A stretch of DNA of 36,387 bases from Syntrophobacteraceae bacterium (GTDB lineage Bacteria; Desulfobacterota; Syntrophobacteria; Syntrophobacterales; Syntrophobacteraceae). A program made the position numbers and the translations under genes. Shown here in pieces: positions 25,044 to 34,339 of this stretch. How positions within the stretch are numbered: the first letter of the stretch is position 1; each line of letters starts with the position of its first letter. Below the pieces are notes generated by a model. It had not been told where the DNA came from. It worked only from the letters and a program-made list of their open reading frames with translations, and ran no database searches. The stretch lies in NCBI GenBank assembly GCA_049512295.1, contig JBEKXG010000014.1, forward strand, positions 1 to 36,387, read 5' to 3'.

Positions 25044-26777
25044 ATGAAAACGACCTCGCGTAAGATGGCGTTGAAGCCATATCTCGAAACGGTAAGAAAA
25101 CATTGCCTGGGGCTTTCGAAGGAGGAACTGGTCGAGACCCTGCTGGAACTGGCGCAAGAGGAGCCGGTAAGGGGACGAGTCGATTTTTTGGACCGGATTC
25201 GGGCTTTCGCTCCCAAATCTACTGACAGGAATAGCAGAACCGGGAAAGACTTTGCAGAATCCTTACTCGAACGAATTGCCGCACTTCGGGAGGAGGTCGA
25301 AGAGAGGATCGAGTCTATCGAGAATGGCGACTACTGGGAGGATGGCGATCACTGGGACGAAGGCCATCACGAGGAAGGTCCGGATTATGTTACCTCCGAG
25401 CAGATCGAGGAGCTGGAAAACTTATTCCTGGAGACCGGCGGCATTTTTCTGGATGGCAAGTTGGAGACTGCCTGCCGATTATATCGCGCCCTTTTTGATT
25501 TCTTGGACGAAAAAGAAGAGGTCTTCGGTTACCTGTCTCACGATTCGATGGACATCCGTGAAGAGAGGGCCAGGTATTGCCGGTGCGTTTATGAAACCGT
25601 CGATCCGAAACGCCGTGTACAATCTTTATTAGAATCGATGAATATCGATGCCGGCGCCAATGCTTACCGTATGGACCTGTCGTCCGAACCGTACCCAATG
25701 TTACAGGATGTAATAGATGCCAAACCGGGCGAGTTGGCGGACTGTAACACGTTTCTTCCCACCTGGGAGAAGAGGCTGGCCCGCTGCGGCGGCGACCGGG
25801 CTGCAGTTCTTAGACTGGAAGCGATGGAAAGAGTTGAGGGAATCGAAGGTGTTTCTAAACTGGCGAGGGAGTGGAAATCCGATCAGCCGCGGGGCTTCCT
25901 TTTCTGGATTCAGTGCCTCGAAAAAAAGAAGGATTGGCGAGGGATGCTCGATGCCTGCCGGGAGGCCCTGGACGCTTTGCCCGGGGGCCATTTCCGGGAG
26001 CAGGCGGCCGAATATCTAACGACGGCCGCTTCGCAACTGGGGGAGAAAAAATACGTGCTGCATGGAAATCGGGAGCGATTCCTGTCCTTACCCGGTGAAA
26101 GTAACTTACTGGAGATGCTCGGCGAGGCGGCAAGGCAGAACGTGCGCTTGCAGGAGTTGGACGCCGTCATTGCATCGATGGATGACAGAGATGACGGCCA
26201 TCCGCATGGAGATCTTCGCGTCAAGATGCTGCTGATGGCCGGGAAGCTCCACGAGGCTTTCGGTGAAGTTCATGGTGCAAAGAGCCTTGGCTGGTCCAAC
26301 GGAAAGGCCGGAGTAGTATTTGCCTCTATCTTATCTGTACTGACGGAAAACTCCTCAAAGGCGGTCGTAACCAAAGCCTTGCTGAAGGAATATGCCGAGA
26401 GGCGCGATTTCTATTCTTATGAGGACGATGGCGGTAAAACGAAGACGGGAAGCGTTTATAAAGAGGTCCTCACCGGTCTCGAGTCGGTTAAGTTCGACGA
26501 ACCGGAAGCACGGAAATACGGAGCATGGGTGGATAGAATCGGGCGAGACCGCATCGATGGGATTGTATCGGGCCAGCATCGAGGCGCGTATGACCGGGCT
26601 GCGCGCGTGCTGGCGGGTCTGGCGGAATATTACATCCTTGCAAATGAAAAAGACAAGGCGCGCTCACTGCTGCATGAATTTTTGTTTGTCAAATTCCCGC
26701 GACACAATGCTTTCAGGCGGGAGGTAAAGAGTGTCGCGTCCGGTTCTGCGCTGATCCAAGAACTGCGGGTGATCTAA
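25044..26777 (+). CDS. Hypothetical 577-aa protein, predicted all-helical, with a strongly acidic segment
   Basis: Uninterrupted 577-codon frame with the acidic stretch EEVEERIESIENGDYWEDGDHWDEGHHEEGPDY. No enzymatic motif is recognised. Confidence 0.6.
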   Translation: MKTTSRKMALKPYLETVRKHCLGLSKEELVETLLELAQEEPVRGRVDFLDRIRAFAPKSTDRNSRTGKDFAESLLERIAALREEVEERIESIENGDYWEDGDHWDEGHHEEGPDYVTSEQIEELENLFLETGGIFLDGKLETACRLYRALFDFLDEKEEVFGYLSHDSMDIREERARYCRCVYETVDPKRRVQSLLESMNIDAGANAYRMDLSSEPYPMLQDVIDAKPGELADCNTFLPTWEKRLARCGGDRAAVLRLEAMERVEGIEGVSKLAREWKSDQPRGFLFWIQCLEKKKDWRGMLDACREALDALPGGHFREQAAEYLTTAASQLGEKKYVLHGNRERFLSLPGESNLLEMLGEAARQNVRLQELDAVIASMDDRDDGHPHGDLRVKMLLMAGKLHEAFGEVHGAKSLGWSNGKAGVVFASILSVLTENSSKAVVTKALLKEYAERRDFYSYEDDGGKTKTGSVYKEVLTGLESVKFDEPEARKYGAWVDRIGRDRIDGIVSGQHRGAYDRAARVLAGLAEYYILANEKDKARSLLHEFLFVKFPRHNAFRREVKSVASGSALIQELRVI

Positions 26778-26779
26778 GT

Positions 26780-26967
26780 ATGAAATATATGGCGCTCGTT
26801 GAGAAAGGCGGTGCAAGCTATGGCGCCTGCGTTCCCGATCTCCCGGATGTATCGTGGCCGGACAAAGCCGGGAGAAAGTTCTCGGATTAATAATGCACGT
26901 CTTTTTGCGTCTACCTATGGATACCGAACTATTGGTTTGGCACGATTACAAACTGATCCCAAACTGA
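26780..26967 (+). pseudogene. hicB: HicB-family antitoxin remnant (frameshifted, truncated)
   Basis: MKYMALVEKGGASYGACVPDLP is a typical HicB N-terminus. The expected continuation PGCIVAGQSREKVLGLI is in the +2 frame from 26842, so one C is missing in ctcccgga. No hicA is adjacent. Confidence 0.55.
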
Positions 26968-27379
26968 AAACCCCAAACTCCAAACCGGACCCCAAACTGC
27001 TAACTGCTCCGGAAGCGGCGGAACCTGAAATCAACACCTTTCCTCAGGCATCTGGCCCTCTTGACATTCAACAAGACGGTCATTCCTTAGTATTAAGGCT
27101 GAGGACTCATCGGTCTAACAGGGTAACCGGGGGTTTTCTCCCTCGGTGCCCACACCACTCGGCAAGCGGGTCCGCAGGGGACTTTTCACTGAGTTTACCG
27201 GGCCTTACCCTTGCAAATCAATGCTCACCCACAGAACTCTGGCAGACTGAGACCGCAGACCTCAGACCGCTCGATTGGGTGGTTTCGCCAGCGCCGGTTT
27301 TGATAAAGGGCAAGTAGCCGGCCAAAAAGGAAGCCCGCCGGCATCGTTCGGCGTGGACATGACCAGATAGGGAGACGTC

Positions 27380-27742
27380 ATGTGGGGACTGGAAGAACTG
27401 AAAATCCACAGGGAAATAATAGATCGCATAGACTGGGAAATGACACCTGAAAAGGCTGTTGAAACCTATCTCGAGTGGGGGACCGGATGGGCGCGCAAAG
27501 ATGATTTTGTTCGCTACCCCGGTCAGGAATCACTCTATTTTGTCATTTATGACTGGGAAAAACCGGCCCGGGTTACCCTGATCCGCAGAACCATGAAAGA
27601 GGCCGATGAAATCGCTAAAATTCCCGTTCCGGCCGAGATGGTAAGTAAAGCGGTTCGTGAGGCTGGACGTAAGCCCGGAGTTGGAGTGTACGCCATTTCA
27701 GATGAAATAAAGGCATGGGTAAAGGAGGCGCTTGGCTGCTGA
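27380..27742 (+). CDS. Hypothetical 120-aa protein
   Basis: GGGAG lies 5 nt upstream of the ATG. The frame is clean and no motif is recognised. Confidence 0.55.
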   Translation: MWGLEELKIHREIIDRIDWEMTPEKAVETYLEWGTGWARKDDFVRYPGQESLYFVIYDWEKPARVTLIRRTMKEADEIAKIPVPAEMVSKAVREAGRKPGVGVYAISDEIKAWVKEALGC

Positions 27743-28489
27743 ATTTTATGTATGCGCCAGCTTGGTGCGCTACGACGAGGTTGCCTCGGGGGTGATCCGG
27801 CACGCGCTGCGCTTTACCGCTCCCCGGACCCGAAAGGCCTGTGTCTGGCCCGCTCGCCATTGCGCTTCCAGCCTTACCAGCCTGCAATACCCGCCAAGGG
27901 CCGGCGGTTCCGGCTTAAAGCAGGGTTCGAGGTTTGCGGGTTTTCCCCGCAGGTGCAGGTCATTCTGAACGCGCTGAAACGCTACGGCATGATGCTCTCC
28001 GACAACGGCTCGGCATAGTATATCTCGGGAGCCCAGGACCCGCGCTGGAATAATGACGTGCTCCATGAACTGAGCCTCGTCCATGGGTCTGATTTCGAAG
28101 CGGTGGACGTGTCTTCGCTGATGATCAGCCCGGATTCGACGGCGGTAAAATTTACGCCGATCGTCTCCGTGAGCGCGGTGAAGCCGTCGGCTTCCGAGCA
28201 GGGGCCGGTAAACGGGACGTTCAGGTTCACCGGCGTGGGCGGGTTGAATGTCTCTGTGAAGGTATTCTATGTACTCGGAGGTACGGCTGCAAATGGGGCC
28301 GACTATGCGCGGCTGTCCGGCTCCGTCGTCATTCCGGCAGGCGCGGCAACCGCGGACGTTCTCGTCAAACCCGTCGATGATGCGCTCAGGGAAGGAACTA
28401 TAACGGTCATAGTCAACATCGCCAAAAACCGGTTCTACACGGTGGGTTCACCCGCTTCGGCAAAGGTCGCCATAGCGGACGATTACTGA
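27743..28489 (+). pseudogene. Decayed gene for a secreted protein with a C-terminal Calx-beta domain
   Basis: The 5' end is missing. There is a frameshift near 27893-27900 (YPP | KGRRFRLKAGF). An in-frame TAG at 28016-28018 sits where related proteins appear to have Trp (DNGSA*YISG). The Calx-beta pattern GGTAANGADY...VVIPAGA...VKPVDDALREG is present. Confidence 0.65.
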
Positions 28490-28535
28490 TACCGGACGTA
28501 ATCTAAATGCACGCATGACAAAGAAGGGAGTCTAA

Positions 28536-31244
28536 ATGGGTAGACGAACGCCTGGAATCATCAAGTTCATCGGCATGCTTTTGGTTCTTTCAACCGGCAT
28601 TTTGCCCTGTGCCGTTTCGACGGCTGCAGCGGACCTGATCGTATACGGGGATGCTCTCAGCTCCGGGTGGGGCGACTGGTCGTGGGGCGTCAAGGACAAC
28701 TTTTCCAACACTTCGCCCGTGCACAGCGGCTCGGATTCGCTGGCCGTAACATACACGGCCGGTTGGGGCGGCCTCCAACTGGGAACCAATCAGCAGTTCG
28801 CCGCCGCTTCGTACAACACGTTGCAGTTTTGGGTCAACGGGGGCAGCACGGGCGGTCAGAAGCTCCGCGTGTATCTGGACGGCGACGGAACTTCCCTTAC
28901 CAATTATGCGGTCGATATAGGCCCCTTGACCGCTGGCGCCTGGACGCAGGTAAAGCTCCTGCTGAGCAATCTTGGCAGTCCAGCGCAGATCGGGGGAATC
29001 GTATGGCAGGATACCACCGGCGGTGCCCAACCGACGTTCTACCTGGACGACATCTCCTTTATCGGTCAGGTGATCCCTCCGCCACCACCGGGGCCGGGAC
29101 CGAATCTTAGTGTCGATGCGGGAGCGAACCGCCACGCCATCAGCCCGGATATCTACGGGATGAACTTTGCCGGCGAAACACTGGCGAAAGATCTCAGGAT
29201 TGCGGTACAGCGCTCGGGAGGCAATTCCACCTCGCGCTACAACTGGCAGACCAATATGCACAATACCGGCAGCGACTGGTATTTCGAGAATATCCCGGAC
29301 GGAGCGCCGGTCGAGAACGGTTCGACGACCGATCTGTTCGTTGAGCAGGACCGCCGGACCGGGGCGAAAACCATTTTGACCGTGCCCCTGATCGGCTGGA
29401 CCCCGTCGGCGAACAGTCCGCGCAATCACCCTTATGATTGCGGCTACAAAGTTTCCAAATACGGCGCCCAGCAGAGTACCGATCCCTGGGATTCTGACTG
29501 CGGAAACGGCGTCCTCGCAAGCGGCGTCAAAATCACCGGTAATGACCCCCACGATGCAAGCACGGCGATCGGGTCTCCGTTCGTCAAAGAGTGGGTCAGC
29601 CACCTCACCACCAAGTACGGCTCTGCCTTGAGCGGCGGTGTCGCCTACTACGACCTGGACAATGAGCCCATGCTGTGGAACAGCACGCACCGCGACGTGC
29701 ATCCTAAGGCGACGACATACGATGAGTTGCTCAATAGCACCCTTTCGATTGCGGCAGCAGTAAAGTCTGCCGACCCGACGGCTAAAACCCTCGGCCCAGT
29801 GCTATGGGGCTGGTGCGCCTATTTCTATTCCGCCCTTGACGGCTGCTCAATCGGAAATGATTACAAAAACCACGGCAACACGCCATTCGTACCCTGGTAC
29901 CTGCAGCAGATGCAGGCCTACGAGAAAAAGAACGCGACCCGCATCCTGGATTATCTGGACCTTCACTATTATCCCCAGGCAAGCGGCGTTTCATTATCTC
30001 CGGCTGGCAACGCAGCCACCCAGGCCCTCAGACTGCGTTCCACGCGCTCCTTGTGGGACACCACCTACATCGATGAAAGCTGGATTTCCGATACAGCGCC
30101 CGGTGGAGTGCCTGTAAGCCTTATTCCACGCATGAAGGGGTGGGTGAACGCAAACTACCCTGGCACCAAGCTCGCCATCAGCGAGTACAACTGGGGGGCG
30201 CTCGACAATATCAATGGCGCGCTGGCGCAGGCCGACGTGCTGGGGATTTTCGGCCGTGAGGGGCTGGACCTCGCAACACTGTGGTCTCCTCCCGTTGAAA
30301 CCGATCCGGGCGCTTTCGCCTTTCGCATGTACCGCAACTACAACGGCGCGGGCGGCGGCTTTGGCGATGTCAGCATCAAGGCCGCCAGCGCCGCCCAGGA
30401 TTCCGTGTCCGTTTATGCGGCGCAGAGCAGCGCGAACAATGCGCTTACGATCATCGCAATCAATAAGACGGCCGGAACTCTTACCAGCAATGTCGCTCTT
30501 TCGAACTTTAAGCCACAGTCACCCGCAGCGGTTTACCAATACAGCGTGGCGAACCCCGGGGCCATCGTGCACGCAGCCAATCTCGCCGTCACGGCGTCCG
30601 GCTTCAGCGCCGTTTTGCCGGGCAATTCGATCACGCTCTTCGTCTTGACGCCGGCCCCGCCTCCGGTAACCGTCGCGATTAAACCGTTAAGCGCCACGGT
30701 GCAGGTTGGAAAAACACAGCAGTTCACCTCCAGCGTTTCCGGAACCACGGCTACCTCGGTCACCTGGAGGGTGAATGGCGTTACGGGCGGCAATGCGACT
30801 GTCGGGACGGTATCGACGTCCGGCCTTTACGCGGCTCCGGCTAAGGTGCCCAACCCGGCTGCGGTGACGGTGAGCTGCGTTTTGAACGCAGATACCACTA
30901 AATCCGCCTCGGCAACCGTTACAATCACGCCGACTCCGGTAACCGTCGCGATTAAACCGTTAAGCGCCACGGTACAGGTTGGAAAAACGCAGCAGTTCAC
31001 CTCCAGCGTTTCCGGAACCACGGCTACCTCGGTTACCTGGCGGGTGAATGGCGTTACGGGCGGCAATGCGACGGTCGGGACGGTATCGGCGTCCGGCCTT
31101 TACACGGCTCCGGCTAAGGTGCCCAACCCGGTCGCGGTGACGGTGAGCTGCGTTTTGAACGCGGACACCACGAAATCCGCCCCCGCAACGGTGACTGTCG
31201 CACCGGCAACTTCGGTCCCGGTCTCAACGCCAAATGGAGGGTAA
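28536..31244 (+). CDS. Secreted glycoside hydrolase, GH44-like catalytic domain, with an N-terminal CBM-like domain and two C-terminal Ig-like (Big_2-type) domains
   Basis: There is a signal peptide, then a CBM-like module, then a PPPPPGPGP linker. The catalytic region has ISPDIYGMN, RSGGNSTSRYNWQTNMHNTGSDWYFEN, DLDNEPMLWNSTHRDVHP and ISEYNWG. It ends in two 91-aa repeats (KPLSATVQVGKTQQFTS...VTWRVNG). Confidence 0.7.
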   Translation: MGRRTPGIIKFIGMLLVLSTGILPCAVSTAAADLIVYGDALSSGWGDWSWGVKDNFSNTSPVHSGSDSLAVTYTAGWGGLQLGTNQQFAAASYNTLQFWVNGGSTGGQKLRVYLDGDGTSLTNYAVDIGPLTAGAWTQVKLLLSNLGSPAQIGGIVWQDTTGGAQPTFYLDDISFIGQVIPPPPPGPGPNLSVDAGANRHAISPDIYGMNFAGETLAKDLRIAVQRSGGNSTSRYNWQTNMHNTGSDWYFENIPDGAPVENGSTTDLFVEQDRRTGAKTILTVPLIGWTPSANSPRNHPYDCGYKVSKYGAQQSTDPWDSDCGNGVLASGVKITGNDPHDASTAIGSPFVKEWVSHLTTKYGSALSGGVAYYDLDNEPMLWNSTHRDVHPKATTYDELLNSTLSIAAAVKSADPTAKTLGPVLWGWCAYFYSALDGCSIGNDYKNHGNTPFVPWYLQQMQAYEKKNATRILDYLDLHYYPQASGVSLSPAGNAATQALRLRSTRSLWDTTYIDESWISDTAPGGVPVSLIPRMKGWVNANYPGTKLAISEYNWGALDNINGALAQADVLGIFGREGLDLATLWSPPVETDPGAFAFRMYRNYNGAGGGFGDVSIKAASAAQDSVSVYAAQSSANNALTIIAINKTAGTLTSNVALSNFKPQSPAAVYQYSVANPGAIVHAANLAVTASGFSAVLPGNSITLFVLTPAPPPVTVAIKPLSATVQVGKTQQFTSSVSGTTATSVTWRVNGVTGGNATVGTVSTSGLYAAPAKVPNPAAVTVSCVLNADTTKSASATVTITPTPVTVAIKPLSATVQVGKTQQFTSSVSGTTATSVTWRVNGVTGGNATVGTVSASGLYTAPAKVPNPVAVTVSCVLNADTTKSAPATVTVAPATSVPVSTPNGG
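30661..31206 (+). repeat. 2 x 273-nt in-frame tandem duplication inside the hydrolase gene
   Basis: Units 30661-30933 and 30934-31206 align base for base, with roughly 20 mismatches counted by eye. Confidence 0.9.
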
Positions 31245-31251
31245 ATTCCGA

Positions 31252-32268
31252 TCAGTAATAGCCTTCATGCGAGGCTTTGCCTCTGAACAGGTAGTAGCAA
31301 TAGGCGGTGTAGGTGAGAACTACCGGCAGGATGACGACGGCGCCGACGAGCAAAAACGACTGTGACGTGCCCGCCGCCGCCGCCTGCCGGAAGGTGACGG
31401 CAAACGGAACCAGCCATGGCCAGAGGCTGATGCCCAGCCCAAGGTAACCCATAAGAAAAACGCCGATGCTCAGGAAAAAGGGACGATTCTCCACGCCCCT
31501 GTGCAGATCTCGCCATATCATGATGAAAAGAGCTGCGGTCACAAGGGGCACGGGCAACAGATAAAAGAAATTGGGAAGGCTGAACCACAACTCTCTTACC
31601 CCCGCGTTCATTATAGGCATGCTGATGCTCACGATCCCCATGAACACGCCCACATAGCCAAGGACATAAGAGGCGCACTTTCGCGCCCAGTCCTGCGTGA
31701 TTCCGTCGGTTTTCATCACCAGCCAAGTGGCGCCCAGTAGCGCATAACCGAACAGCAGGGCTGCTCCCGTCATGAAACTGTATGCATTGAGCCAGTCAAA
31801 AGGGTGGCCCGCAAAGCTTCGCCCCTCGACGTGCACCCCTTTGACGAAGGCCCCGAGGATCATGCCCTGCATGAAAGTGGCGACTATAGACCCAAAGTGG
31901 AATGCGTAGTCCCAGATAAAGCGGGATTTGGCGGCCTTGAATCGAAACTCGAACGCCACGCCGCGAAAGATGAGACCCAAAAGCATCAGGATGACCGGCA
32001 TGTAGAGCGCCGGCATAAGGATCGCATAAGCGAGCGGGAAGGCCGCAAAAAGCCCCCCGCCGCTCAGCACCAGCCAGGTTTCGTTTCCGTCCCAGAAGGG
32101 TGCGATGGAGTTCATCATGCGGTCCCTGCATTCATCCGACGGCGCAAAGGGAAACAGAACGCCCACCCCCAGGTCGAAACCGTCCAGAAAGACATACAGG
32201 AAAAGTGCGGTGACGAGCAGGCCAAACCATATGAGCGGAAGATCCAGGAAGTTCTCGAGGCTAAACAT
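31252..32268 (-). CDS. cydB: Cytochrome bd ubiquinol oxidase subunit II
   Basis: MFSLENFLDLPLIWFGLLV...FLDGFDLGVG is the typical CydB N-terminus. ATG 32268 has GAGGAGGGA upstream and overlaps the cydA stop by 8 nt; the track ORF extends to 32292. Confidence 0.9.
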   Translation of the reverse strand: MFSLENFLDLPLIWFGLLVTALFLYVFLDGFDLGVGVLFPFAPSDECRDRMMNSIAPFWDGNETWLVLSGGGLFAAFPLAYAILMPALYMPVILMLLGLIFRGVAFEFRFKAAKSRFIWDYAFHFGSIVATFMQGMILGAFVKGVHVEGRSFAGHPFDWLNAYSFMTGAALLFGYALLGATWLVMKTDGITQDWARKCASYVLGYVGVFMGIVSISMPIMNAGVRELWFSLPNFFYLLPVPLVTAALFIMIWRDLHRGVENRPFFLSIGVFLMGYLGLGISLWPWLVPFAVTFRQAAAAGTSQSFLLVGAVVILPVVLTYTAYCYYLFRGKASHEGYY

Positions 32269-33664
32269 GCCGTCCCTCCTCTTCTGAAACAAAGCGTGTT
32301 AGAAGAGCAGGCTCCTTGACACCGTGCGAACCATAAACATCCGCCTCGGTATCGGGACCTTTTCTGATGAGCTTAACAATGTAATAGCTCCCGGCGCCGA
32401 ACACGACCGCATAAGTGAGGACAAAAGCGCCAAGGGATATGGCGATCGGGATGCCCTGCACCGGGGAGACCGCCTCTGCCGAGCGCATGACGCCCTGGAT
32501 TATATAGGGCTGCCTGCCGATTTCCGTGACAAACCATCCAGCGAGCACGGCGACGAATCCGGCCGGGGTCATGGCCATGCACCAGTACTGAAACCACCTC
32601 GTATCAAATAACCGCTTCCGAAAATAAAGGACGAGCGCCGACAGGCCGGTCAAAATCATCAAGGTGCCAATCCCCACCATGATGCGAAAGGACCAGAAAA
32701 CCCAGAGCACCGGCGGGCGGGCGTCTTTGGGCCAGGCCTTTAAGCCCTTGACCTCCCCATTGAGGTCATGGGTGAGAATCAGGCTCGACAGCCTGGGAAT
32801 TTCGACTGCATATTTAGTGGTTTCCTCTTCTTGGTCCGGCCACCCGAAAAGATTCAGCGGCGCGCCGCGCCTGGTTTCCCACAGTCCTTCAATGGCGGCC
32901 ACCTTGGCCGGCTGGTGCATGAGCGTGTTGAGACCGTGCATATCGCCAAACACCAGTTGCACGGGGGCTACGAAAATCGCCATCATCATGGCCATCCCCA
33001 GCATCACGCGAGCCTGCCTTATATGGAGACCGCTCCACAGGTAAAAAGCGCCGATGCCGCCGGCAACAAAAGCTGTGGTCAGGTAGGCGGCTGTGACCAT
33101 ATGGACGAAGCGGTAGGGAAAAGACGGGCTGAAGATAATCTGCAGCCAGTTTACTGGATAAAGCAGGCCGTTTTCAGCAATCCGGAATCCCTGCGGCGTC
33201 TGCATCCAGCTATTGGCCGCAAGAATCCAGAATGCGGAAATCAGGGTCCCAACCGCCACAATCATGGTTGCAGCAAAGTGCATCCCGCGGCTGACCCGGT
33301 TCCAGCCAAACAGCATCACGCCTAGGAATGATGCCTCGAGAAAAAATGCGCTCAGAACTTCGTAGCCGAGCAGCGGCCCGATAATGTTTCCGGCTTTGTC
33401 TGAGAATTGGCTCCAGTTGGTCCCGAACTGAAAGGACATGACCACGCCCGATACGACGCCCATGCCGAATGTGACGGCAAAGATCTTGACCCACATGCGG
33501 TATATTTCCGCATAAACCGTGTTGCCGGTTTTCAGCCATCGCCATTCGAGTACGGCGAGCCAGCTCGCAAGGCCAATTGTGAAGGCCGGGAAAAAGATGT
33601 GAAACGAAAGCGTAAAAGCGAACTGGATGCGTGAGAGCAGGACCGGATCGAGGTTTTCAATCAT
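32261..33664 (-). CDS. cydA: Cytochrome bd ubiquinol oxidase subunit I
   Basis: LLSRIQFAFTLSFHIFFPAFTIGLA, GPLLGYEVLSAFFLEA and the Q-loop region GWPD are typical CydA features. Confidence 0.93.
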   Translation of the reverse strand: MIENLDPVLLSRIQFAFTLSFHIFFPAFTIGLASWLAVLEWRWLKTGNTVYAEIYRMWVKIFAVTFGMGVVSGVVMSFQFGTNWSQFSDKAGNIIGPLLGYEVLSAFFLEASFLGVMLFGWNRVSRGMHFAATMIVAVGTLISAFWILAANSWMQTPQGFRIAENGLLYPVNWLQIIFSPSFPYRFVHMVTAAYLTTAFVAGGIGAFYLWSGLHIRQARVMLGMAMMMAIFVAPVQLVFGDMHGLNTLMHQPAKVAAIEGLWETRRGAPLNLFGWPDQEEETTKYAVEIPRLSSLILTHDLNGEVKGLKAWPKDARPPVLWVFWSFRIMVGIGTLMILTGLSALVLYFRKRLFDTRWFQYWCMAMTPAGFVAVLAGWFVTEIGRQPYIIQGVMRSAEAVSPVQGIPIAISLGAFVLTYAVVFGAGSYYIVKLIRKGPDTEADVYGSHGVKEPALLTRFVSEEEGRHV

Positions 33665-33699
33665 GACCTGAGTCTCCGGATTAAGGTTTTAAGCTATAT

Positions 33700-34173
33700 T
33701 CAAGCGGCAGTATGACGCGACCTGCCGAACCAGCCCGACAGGGCCTTGAGGATTATCCCTGTACCGATGCCCCAGGCGCCGTTAATGAGAAACGCTGTCA
33801 GTAGAAGAGGCGGGTGCCAGCCTCCTCCCATCGGGCGGCCCTTGAGCGGCAGCACCAAGAGAAGAGCCACCGCCGAGGGCAAAACGGCGCCAAACAGAAA
33901 AGCCGTTACCCAATAGCCGCTGTGGGCCGGGAATCTATGGTCGACCAAGGCAAATAGAATACCCCAGATTCCGCCCCAGAACGCCAGAGACAACACAGCA
34001 GGCACTCCAAACGGATTGGTGGCCGCCATCGAGAAAGGCCCGAAAGGCGCTAAGCCCACTTCCCGGAGCGCCAACAGGGTCAACTGGTGAAAGATCAAGG
34101 TTGCGGCAAAGCCGGCAATAAAGCCGAACAGAAGCCGTGTCGAGTAGCCCGTATCCGCCATTTTATAATCCAT
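33700..34173 (-). CDS. Hypothetical integral membrane protein (about 4 TM segments) upstream of cydAB
   Basis: The start MDYKMAD at 34173 has GGAAGGA 6 nt upstream. There are four hydrophobic stretches and no recognised family. Confidence 0.5.
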   Translation of the reverse strand: MDYKMADTGYSTRLLFGFIAGFAATLIFHQLTLLALREVGLAPFGPFSMAATNPFGVPAVLSLAFWGGIWGILFALVDHRFPAHSGYWVTAFLFGAVLPSAVALLLVLPLKGRPMGGGWHPPLLLTAFLINGAWGIGTGIILKALSGWFGRSRHTAA

Positions 34174-34339
34174 GACCGATCCTTCCTGACAGATAACGAA
34201 AATAAACATTCCTGGCCCCGGCAAGATCACAGGTCTCAAGCTTACTGATAAGGCTTGATATTTATTTTCCGGGTAACTCCGTATAGCCGCAGAAGAGGAA
34301 TGACCAAATTAGTGAAGACTGACAACTGACGGCTTGTCG

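Noticed and set aside
26799-27317. 172-aa ORF downstream of the 577-aa gene.
   Set aside because: It starts inside the hicB remnant in a wrong frame, has a low-complexity translation (the PKLKTPNSKPDPKL repeat comes from the CCCAAACT repeats), and has no RBS.
28590-29702. 370-aa antisense ORF inside the GH44-like gene. Similar long antisense or alternative-frame ORFs lie in pyrD (6532-7447), the ROK kinase (7590-8556), the AOR gene (22338-23604) and htrA (34334-35227).
   Set aside because: These are typical high-GC shadow ORFs: R/G/P/A-rich translations, no RBS, and overlap with genes that have strong family signatures.
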